Assembly: GCA_045648305.1 (NCBI GenBank)
Contig: JAZRNR010000163.1
Location: 45,929 to 109,928, forward strand
From: Acutalibacteraceae bacterium
GTDB lineage: Bacteria; Bacillota; Clostridia; Oscillospirales; Acutalibacteraceae
Reading direction: 5' to 3'
DNA length: 64,000 nucleotides
Below the pieces are notes generated by a model. That model did not search any database, was not told the origin of the DNA, and saw only the letters and a program-made list of their open reading frames with translations. The position numbers and the translations under genes are program-made. Below, piece by piece: positions 57,925 to 64,000 of this stretch (positions are counted from its first letter, which is position 1; every line of letters starts with the position of its first letter).

Positions 57925-58478
57925 AAAACGACAAAATATTAGTTTTTTTTAGTAGACCAAATCCTTACATAGAGCAACAGCAAATTTTTATTGAAAAACT
58001 ACAAAGCATATTTGGTAAGTACGATTTAAAAACTGTCACCTTGGAAGCTGGTGAATATGATTTAACAGATTCAATTAATTATTTGAAAGGGATAATAAGG
58101 CAATGTTATGGCATCGTTATAGTAGGCTTCAAACAGATACATATAGAAAAAGGGATAAAGAAAAAAGGAGGAAAACCTAATGACTCTTTTTTTTATCCTG
58201 AAGAAATTGACATATCAGGTCAATCTCTTACTAGTCCGTTTTGTCATATTGAAGGAACTATTGGACTATTGTACGATTTGCCTTTATTAATCATAAACGA
58301 AGAAGGAATACGAGAAGAAGGAATTGTAAAAGGCGGTAGATTTAGTGTGAAAACAATTAATTTTGATTTATCTAATATAGATGATTTTTTCGCTGACAAC
58401 ACGTTTAATGAACAACTTTTAGTGTGGATAGGTAAAGTTACCGACTATTATTTGTTTTTAAATCTCAAAAAGGTTTAA
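57921..58478 (+). CDS. small Rossmann-like (TIR/nucleoside-deoxyribosyltransferase-like?) protein
   Basis: ATGA overlap with the FRG gene. Alternating strand-like blocks ILVFFSRP, GIVIVGF and PLLIINE. The fold call is tentative. Confidence 0.4.
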   Translation: MKNDKILVFFSRPNPYIEQQQIFIEKLQSIFGKYDLKTVTLEAGEYDLTDSINYLKGIIRQCYGIVIVGFKQIHIEKGIKKKGGKPNDSFFYPEEIDISGQSLTSPFCHIEGTIGLLYDLPLLIINEEGIREEGIVKGGRFSVKTINFDLSNIDDFFADNTFNEQLLVWIGKVTDYYLFLNLKKV

Positions 58479-59718
58479 GGATTTTTTGAATTTCGTCTAT
58501 ATCTTCTTTAAGTTTGGTTATGCCTTGTGTAATGACATTTTTCTGTAACACCGACATGTCGGTGTCATCTTTTAGTAATTGTGTCATTTTATCGTAGTCA
58601 ATATATTTGCCGTTTATAATAGATTTTAGATCGTGAAGATTATATCTATAATAAATTCTTTCATCATATTCCCCATTTTCGAGAGCAGTCATAGGTTTTT
58701 CCTGATATATCTTAGCAAAATGGATTGCAGTATAAAAATACTCTTTTATAACATTGGGATCTTCAGTTAATTCGTGTATTCTAAGAAGTGTTGCACAATA
58801 GTTTCTAGGGCAATATAAATTCGTTTTACAGAAAAAGGAACCGATTCTATAGTGTTTAAGTGCATTGTAATAATATTTTTCATCTCCGGTTAAATTGTAT
58901 ATCCTTAAGCTAATTGCTGCTATACGTCCAATCAAATATTCTGAATTGCAGTTTTCTACATCTATATTACTTTGCAAAAAGTTTAAACAATCGATTAAAC
59001 TTTTGTTACTCTTATTCTTTTCTGCAATTTTATATTTAGCTAGTGATAAAAGTAATAAATTTTCTTCTGATGGATCGTGTTCATATAATTCTGCAAATTG
59101 CAATTCTGCTTCTTCAAAATTATTTTCTTCTAGTGCTTTGTTCCCTTCCAAGTAATAACTGTACAATGACTTGTTTATAGAATTTGGAACGTTCTGGTTA
59201 TACATTTTTCTTTCAATTAGAGCTCTATGTATAGGATTATCTGGAAGATTATCAGTGCTAGTTATGGCGAAATCAATAAATTGATTTAATTTAGTCTTAG
59301 CTTCTGCTATAGCTTTTTTATTTAATGTTAACCCACTATGCTCATAGAAAATAATAGGAACATAATTAATATCAAAAAACTTAAAATCTTTTTCTTTATC
59401 TTTCGCACAAAGAATTATTGTAGATTTTGGTTTTAAAGCATGTCTTACACCTAATTCATATATTGCATTTGCATTCATAGTGCTAATATCTGCAATAACA
59501 ATATCCGAGTTGCTTAAACAGGTAATAAACTTGTAATCTATAGAAGTTGTTCCAATTATTTCATCACATCTAAATGCATTGAATTTATCATCATTATATA
59601 ATGAATATGGTCTCAAATTGTTTTCATTAATACAAGGCTTGATTATTTCATTATATGTTAAATCGAGATTAATGTTATTCTTAATTCCAAACCCCATAAT
59701 AACAAAACAACTTTTCAT
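58465..59718 (-). CDS. DUF4071-like Rossmannoid N-domain + TPR-repeat protein
   Basis: ATG 59718 lies 8 nt after GGGGAG. N-terminal CFVIMGFG....SDIVIADISTMNANAIYELGVRHALKPKSTIIL, with a helical-repeat C-terminal region. Its 3' end overlaps the convergent gene by 14 nt. Confidence 0.6.
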   Translation of the reverse strand: MKSCFVIMGFGIKNNINLDLTYNEIIKPCINENNLRPYSLYNDDKFNAFRCDEIIGTTSIDYKFITCLSNSDIVIADISTMNANAIYELGVRHALKPKSTIILCAKDKEKDFKFFDINYVPIIFYEHSGLTLNKKAIAEAKTKLNQFIDFAITSTDNLPDNPIHRALIERKMYNQNVPNSINKSLYSYYLEGNKALEENNFEEAELQFAELYEHDPSEENLLLLSLAKYKIAEKNKSNKSLIDCLNFLQSNIDVENCNSEYLIGRIAAISLRIYNLTGDEKYYYNALKHYRIGSFFCKTNLYCPRNYCATLLRIHELTEDPNVIKEYFYTAIHFAKIYQEKPMTALENGEYDERIYYRYNLHDLKSIINGKYIDYDKMTQLLKDDTDMSVLQKNVITQGITKLKEDIDEIQKILKPF

Positions 59719-59741
59719 ATTTAATATCTCCCCGAACATAA

Positions 59742-59799
59742 GATAACAAATAGTTATCTATCTTATTTTTCTTACAATAATTTATAGTTATTGTAAGTA
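59742..59799. repeat. right copy of 58-bp perfect inverted repeat
   Basis: Exact reverse complement of 57051-57108. Confidence 0.95.
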
Positions 59800-59831
59800 T
59801 TGCATGTTGATATTATGGAGCGTGATTTAAA

Positions 59832-60383
59832 TTGGATATTGAGAAATTAGTTCAAGAAGGTTTGGGTTTTAAATCCGGCTCGACAAATCAAAAATTTAGA
59901 ACCGATTTAAAAGACAAAGTTATAGAAACAAAACTCGACGCACTTCCTAATGGAATTGTGTCGAGTTTCATGAATGGTGAGTATAAAACATATATAACGG
60001 TTGAGGAGATAGTTTTATATCGCACATACGGTAGAGGATACAGCAAGAATAGGGGAGCTAGTTGGAACGGTAGTTATGCATCAACGGAGTTTGCTGAATC
60101 AAGAATTGATGTAAAGATAAGACTTGCGTTAAAACCTGAGTGGGTAAACACTAGATTGGTTGAGGAAAAAATACTTGTGCCGATTGGCACGAAAATTAAT
60201 GTAGGTGTAGTTGCTCCGGTTATACTTGATACGGGCACCGTATTAGATGGTGGAGCGGAACAAGTGTTGTTACCTATGAGTTGGCCCAAGGAATGGGTAA
60301 TAGGATACAGGGAAGTTACGTCAAAGCCATTAATGGACTATCCAGAATTTTGTCAAATGCCACCTAAAGATAATCGGGAATAG
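59832..60383 (+). CDS. stand-alone toxin-like domain protein (possible TNT/ART-like NAD-utilising fold)
   Basis: TTG start follows GGAGCG. Pattern VLYRTYGRG....YASTEF....VPIGTKINVGVVAPVILDTGTVLDGGAEQVLLP recalls R / S-T / GG.Q elements. The assignment is weak. Confidence 0.35.
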   Translation: MDIEKLVQEGLGFKSGSTNQKFRTDLKDKVIETKLDALPNGIVSSFMNGEYKTYITVEEIVLYRTYGRGYSKNRGASWNGSYASTEFAESRIDVKIRLALKPEWVNTRLVEEKILVPIGTKINVGVVAPVILDTGTVLDGGAEQVLLPMSWPKEWVIGYREVTSKPLMDYPEFCQMPPKDNRE

Positions 60384-60779
60384 TGCAAACAAAGTGTTTT
60401 AACAAAAAGATAGATCAAAGAGCAGAAAAAGAAAAAACAAAGAAAGAGAATAATGTAAGACGTAGAAATATTATAATTTACTATGATTTAAAATTGATTT
60501 TTGAAGGAATTTCACAATTGTATTCTTTAATGGCAGTTCTTACGGTTTCAGGAAAAAGGATATGAAAGAAAAGTTCTATGAATTTGCTGATAAACTCGAT
60601 ATTTACATAGATGATGGGATTATAAATGTAGCTTCATTACACGAAGTTTTTATAAAAAATTGATCAAATAATAATTTTTGATATATAGAGATATGTGTTC
60701 AATAGGAACTGTGTTAAAATTAAATACATTCGACTTTAACTCGAGTATGCGGAGCCAATTATTAGATTGCGACTACCCT

Positions 60780-60857
60780 AGCACCGTATGAAGCCAGAAT
60801 GGAATCAAGGTATAACTATACCTGTTTCTGTTCTGATTTCTACGGTGCTTTTTATTT
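60780..60857 (+). terminator. long three-tier stem-loop ending in a U-tract (terminator or small structured RNA)
   Basis: Outer stem AGCACCGTA / TACGGTGCT, middle CAGAA / TTCTG and inner AGGTAT / ATACCT, followed by TTTTATTT. Confidence 0.5.
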
Positions 60858-60886
60858 GCTCCATCAACTTGCTTCATAGATGTTAG

Positions 60887-60935
60887 AAGTTCCTTTCTGC
60901 GGTTATCCGCTACAGAAAGGAACTTTTATGCTTTT
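60887..60935 (+). terminator. strong intrinsic terminator
   Basis: AAGTTCCTTTCTG / CAGAAAGGAACTT 13-bp stem followed by TTTATGCTTTT. Confidence 0.75.
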
Positions 60936-61020
60936 CAGATGGCTTTGTTTTATAGCTGAATATCCGTAATCTCCCAATTTTGATTTCAACTGAATTTCAA
61001 AATTTAAAGGAGATTATAAA

Positions 61021-61563
61021 ATGACCAATAATGAAAGACTAGAACAATTTACCCGTGAGTGTAAGTTGATAAATCTCAGATATGAATACGAGGGATATAT
61101 GAATGAAATTCAATGGGCTATAGTAACTGAGCTTTCAGAAGAAGAGCTTTTTCAAAAATATTCCGAAGAAATAAAACCCTATACTCCATTTATCAGACTT
61201 TCTGTGTCTCAGGGTGAAGTGTTTGAAGAAGGCATAAGGTATGAAAACAAAAACAGAATGAGAGAGAAGAGATGCGGACATGTTTTTGATATTACCGATG
61301 ATGATTTTGGAAATTATCATCCTGAACTAATTGTAACCGATACAGAGGAGGAGCTAATTAGAAGAGATGAAGCAAAAACCTTACAAACCGCTTTGAACAC
61401 TCTGTCAAAACTAAACAGGGAAAGGGTTTATAAATTTTTCTTTCTTGGAATGAACTATTCCGAAATAGCCCGGGAAGAAGGTCTCTGTGAGTCGTCGATA
61501 AGACGCTCAATTGAAAACTCTGTTAAGAAATTGAAAACTTTTTATGAAAAGATGCCGAATTGA
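61021..61563 (+). CDS. sigma-70 region-4-like HTH regulator
   Basis: C-terminal RERVYKFFFLGMNYSEIAREEGLCESSIRRSIENSVKKLK. Confidence 0.65.
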   Translation: MTNNERLEQFTRECKLINLRYEYEGYMNEIQWAIVTELSEEELFQKYSEEIKPYTPFIRLSVSQGEVFEEGIRYENKNRMREKRCGHVFDITDDDFGNYHPELIVTDTEEELIRRDEAKTLQTALNTLSKLNRERVYKFFFLGMNYSEIAREEGLCESSIRRSIENSVKKLKTFYEKMPN

Positions 61564-61634
61564 GGTGTTCCCAGTGCAAACATAATGAAGGGTATTTTTC
61601 CCTTCAGAAAAATTTTTTTGAAAGGTAGATATTC

Positions 61635-62213
61635 ATGCAGAATGAAAAAATCCAAAAAGTAAAATGGGGAGACATTTTTTATTGTGATTTAGGTAAAGCG
61701 AACGGTTCGGTACAGTTCGGATATCGACCTGTCGTTGTTGTTCAGGCAAACTCCTTGAACAAGTCCAGTCCTACAATCGTGGTAGCTGTAATTACATCTG
61801 TTCGGAAAAACCAATCTATGACAACACATATTCTTCTTGATGAGAATTGTGGTTTGAGTGAACCTTCGATGATTGTTTTAGAACAACTGCGAACAATAGA
61901 TAGAGTGGAAGGGCTCGGAAGATACATAGGTACAATTTCAGATGAAATTAAGAGAAACGAAATAAAGCAAGGTCTCAAACATTTGGTAGGAATTCCTCGA
62001 AATCCTAGAAGAGAACGATTTGGTCGAATAGCAACGTTATGTATTAATTGTCAACAAGAGTTAATGAAAAAACCTGACAATATGATAAGAAGAATTGACC
62101 CTTTGCAGAGAGAAAAAGGACTTTGCGAAAAGTGTCAAACCTATTATGGATATGACTATCTTATTACAAAAAAGTATAAACATGCGGAAAACCGGGAGGT
62201 GAAAAAGATTTGA
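61635..62213 (+). CDS. MazF/PemK-family toxin domain with C-terminal Cys-rich (zinc-ribbon-like) extension
   Basis: N-terminal KWGDIFYCDLGKANGSVQFGYRPVVVVQAN....PTIVVAVITS....IVLEQLRTIDR. The C-terminus carries CINCQ...CEKCQ. Confidence 0.7.
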   Translation: MQNEKIQKVKWGDIFYCDLGKANGSVQFGYRPVVVVQANSLNKSSPTIVVAVITSVRKNQSMTTHILLDENCGLSEPSMIVLEQLRTIDRVEGLGRYIGTISDEIKRNEIKQGLKHLVGIPRNPRRERFGRIATLCINCQQELMKKPDNMIRRIDPLQREKGLCEKCQTYYGYDYLITKKYKHAENREVKKI

Positions 62214-62416
62214 CTGAAGAAAAAACTAAAAAAGGAGCCGTTTATGAAAAGCGAGTATATACTGTCGAAGAAATTATGAACATACTTAATATCGGTAAAA
62301 ACGCGGCGTATACTCTTGTTAATTCAGGCGTGTTCCGCTATGTCAAAATTGGCGGTCATTATCGCGTATCAAAAAAGAGTTTTGATGATTGGCTCGAGGC
62401 TGAAACCATAGAATAA
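62210..62416 (+). CDS. excisionase-type HTH (HTH_17-like) protein
   Basis: YTVEEIMNILNIGKNAAYTLVNSGVFRYVKIGGHYRVSKKSFDDWL. Confidence 0.7.
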   Translation: MTEEKTKKGAVYEKRVYTVEEIMNILNIGKNAAYTLVNSGVFRYVKIGGHYRVSKKSFDDWLEAETIE

Positions 62417-62509
62417 AAATCGCACATTTGTTGTTTCTCTTATATGTTGATATCATATAGTCAAGCCGCTTGGTTATATGATATCACCTGTTTAATAGGA
62501 GGAATTGTC

Positions 62510-62694
62510 ATGATAGAAGAAAGCAAAAAATCTACTCGGTTAATGAAATACAAGATATTTTAGGTATTTGTAAAACTAGTGCATATGCCCTTGTTAAAAG
62601 AAAAGAGTTTTACAGTATAAAAATCGGTGATACATATAGGATTTCGAAAATTAGTTTTGATGAATGGTTAAATAACAGAAAAGGGGAGTGCTGA
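62510..62694 (+). pseudogene. excisionase-type HTH gene broken by an apparent 1-nt deletion in an A6 run
   Basis: GGAGG RBS and ATG 62510. The frame stops after 17 codons. The +2 frame from 62533 reads YSVNEIQDILGICKTSAYALVKRKEFYSIKIGDTYRISKISFDEWL to TGA 62692-62694. Confidence 0.65.
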
Positions 62695-62696
62695 TT

Positions 62697-63398
62697 ATGG
62701 ATAAACAAATGTCTCTTGATGAAAGAATACTGTTATTTAATACTGAAAGTGATACTCGGTATCTTGAGGAAATATTAAGAAATGATAGGGGAAAGGAGGA
62801 AGAATTATGGCAATCCTATTCATCAGAGCAAATCCAAAAGATGTTTTCATTAACTGAAGATGAAGCACTTAAATTGTTGAAGTCAGGATTGTTCAAGGTT
62901 TACAGGGCCGGTAATGAATACCGAGCTTCAACAAAAAGCGTAGAGGAAAATCAACAAATCGTTAAAACAATGATGAATTATAGAGATAAAAAGACCATAT
63001 CCGTTCCCGATTTGAGAAGGATTTTAGGCCTTGGAAAAACAGCAGTGTATCGGTTGGTCAATCATCAGTATTTTAAAACTTTTGTGGTGTTTGGGAAAAT
63101 GAGAGTAGATGTCGAAAGTTTTGAAGAATGGTATGCCAATCAGTTTCATTATCGAAAGGTAAACGGTGAAAGACCCGGAAAAAACTATGGAAAAACAATT
63201 ACATCTACAACAATTGCAAAAGTTTTAGGCATTTCAAGACCATCGGCAAGAGAACTTATTGATAAGTACGATATGGATATGATATGGGTTGACGGCACAA
63301 GAAGAGTAAAGCAGGAAAGTTTTGAAAAGTGGTATGCTTCTCAAACTCATTATAAAAAAGTAGCCGAGATAGAGGAGGTTGAAAGATTTGTCAACTAA
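62697..63398 (+). CDS. protein with three tandem excisionase-type HTH domains
   Basis: Three repeats end in ...YRASTKSVEE, ...MRVDVESFEEWYANQ and ...RRVKQESFEKWYASQ. Confidence 0.65.
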   Translation: MDKQMSLDERILLFNTESDTRYLEEILRNDRGKEEELWQSYSSEQIQKMFSLTEDEALKLLKSGLFKVYRAGNEYRASTKSVEENQQIVKTMMNYRDKKTISVPDLRRILGLGKTAVYRLVNHQYFKTFVVFGKMRVDVESFEEWYANQFHYRKVNGERPGKNYGKTITSTTIAKVLGISRPSARELIDKYDMDMIWVDGTRRVKQESFEKWYASQTHYKKVAEIEEVERFVN

Positions 63399-63609
63399 AT
63401 TTGAATCTAAATCATTTTGTGGTAATGCGGCCTTTGAGAAAAAGAGTTACACAGTACCTGAAGTAATGAGAATCCTTGATACAACAAGACAGTCTGTTTA
63501 CAAACTAATAAAAAGCGGTTGTTTTCGGGCAGTAAAAGTAGAAAAAGGCTATCGAATTGTTAAGAAGAGCTTTGATGATTGGTTAAACGGTACGGAAGGG
63601 GTAGTATAA
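63379..63609 (+). CDS. excisionase-type HTH protein
   Basis: YTVPEVMRILDTTRQSVYKLIKSGCFRAVKVEKGYRIVKKSFDDWL. Confidence 0.7.
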   Translation: MKDLSTKFESKSFCGNAAFEKKSYTVPEVMRILDTTRQSVYKLIKSGCFRAVKVEKGYRIVKKSFDDWLNGTEGVV

Positions 63610-63610
63610 A

Positions 63611-64000
63611 ATGGCATCGATACAGAAAAGAAAAAACAATAAATATTCGGTAATTTATGATGTTGTTGATAAAGATGGCAAAAGAAAACAGAAGTGGGAA
63701 ACGTTTTCAACCAATGCAGAAGCGAAGAGACGAAAGAATGAAATTGAACATCAGCAGGATAACGGTATTTTCGTTATTCCGACAGTCACAACGGTTGCAG
63801 AACTGTTAGAAAAGTATTGTGCCATATATGGTGTTGCAAATTGGGCGATGAGTACATATAACTCTCGTAAAGGATTGATATATAATTATATAATTCCTCT
63901 TATCGGAGATTATAAATTGATTGATATAACGCCTTTGATGATGGATAACTTTTATCAAAGTTTATCAAAAGTTAAATCCAAAACAACAAACAATCGAAAA
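63611..64000 (+). CDS. int: tyrosine integrase, 3'-partial (runs off right edge)
   Basis: ATG 63611, with the frame open to base 64000. N-terminus MASIQKRKNNKYSVIYDVVDKDGKRKQKWETFSTNAEAKRRKNEIEHQ is typical of Tn916-like Int arm-binding and SAM-like domains. Confidence 0.75.
   Translation, partial: MASIQKRKNNKYSVIYDVVDKDGKRKQKWETFSTNAEAKRRKNEIEHQQDNGIFVIPTVTTVAELLEKYCAIYGVANWAMSTYNSRKGLIYNYIIPLIGDYKLIDITPLMMDNFYQSLSKVKSKTTNNRK

Larger units (their letters stand above)
1..64000. mobile_element. Interior of an integrative conjugative element (Firmicutes type); both ends outside window
   Basis: Co-linear MobC, relaxase, VirD4-like and VirB4-like ATPases, PrgI-like, VirB6-like and M23 hydrolase genes. 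Also a giant methylase-helicase, excisionase-type HTH genes and a tyrosine integrase at the right edge. Confidence 0.85.

Noticed and set aside
57051-59799. Inverted repeats as terminal repeats of a transposon
   Set aside because: There is no transposase between the repeats and no flanking target-site duplication (left flank aaaat, right flank ttgca). The recombinase lies outside. An invertible segment or a duplicated operator fits better.
60383-60565. 60-aa ORF after the toxin-like gene as a confident immunity gene
   Set aside because: It has a non-ATG start, no clear RBS and a highly basic low-complexity N-terminus. It is mentioned only as a possibility.

Overview
The window lies inside an integrative conjugative element (ICE) of a low-GC Firmicute, probably Clostridia; both element ends are outside the window. 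All family assignments come from motif recognition by eye, with no database search. No rRNA, tRNA or CRISPR array was seen.

Layout:
- 1-12.4 kb: accessory genes and a 2969-aa polyvalent protein (ArdC-N-like, two MutS-domain-I-like modules, N6-adenine methyltransferase, SNF2 helicase).
- 12.4-16.0 kb: first AT-rich cargo insert, a P-loop ATPase plus a large partner protein.
- 16-31.4 kb: transfer module with DUF3848, Toprim, DUF3846, candidate oriT hairpin, MobC, relaxase, PcfB-like, ArdC-like, VirD4-like coupling protein, Maff2-like, VirB6-like, PrgI-like, VirB4-like, AIM24-like and M23 hydrolase genes.
- 31.4-60.9 kb: large cargo region.
- 61-64 kb: sigma-like HTH, MazF/PemK-like toxin, an array of excisionase-type HTH genes, and the 5' part of a tyrosine integrase running off the right edge.

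Cargo region contents:
- Two WapA-like RHS/YD-repeat toxins (1969 and 2248 aa) with downstream immunity candidates.
- An AT-rich cassette between them: flavin reductase, membrane-anchored Dcd-fold protein and MoaA-like radical SAM enzyme.
- A Cys-rich LytTR regulator and an ECF sigma/anti-sigma unit.
- A TM-TIR-TIR operon.
- A tyrosine recombinase next to a 2.7-kb cassette bounded by 58-bp perfect inverted repeats.

Best candidates for undescribed biology:
1. The radical-SAM / Dcd-fold / flavin-reductase cassette.
2. The cassette bounded by 58-bp inverted repeats, together with its recombinase.
3. The TM-TIR-TIR operon.
4. A complete TnpV-family ORF nested in the +1 frame inside the acidic linker of the giant polyvalent gene.
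5. The ATPase pair at 13-16 kb.

Two apparent frameshifts, both at A6 runs, suggest homopolymer sequencing errors.
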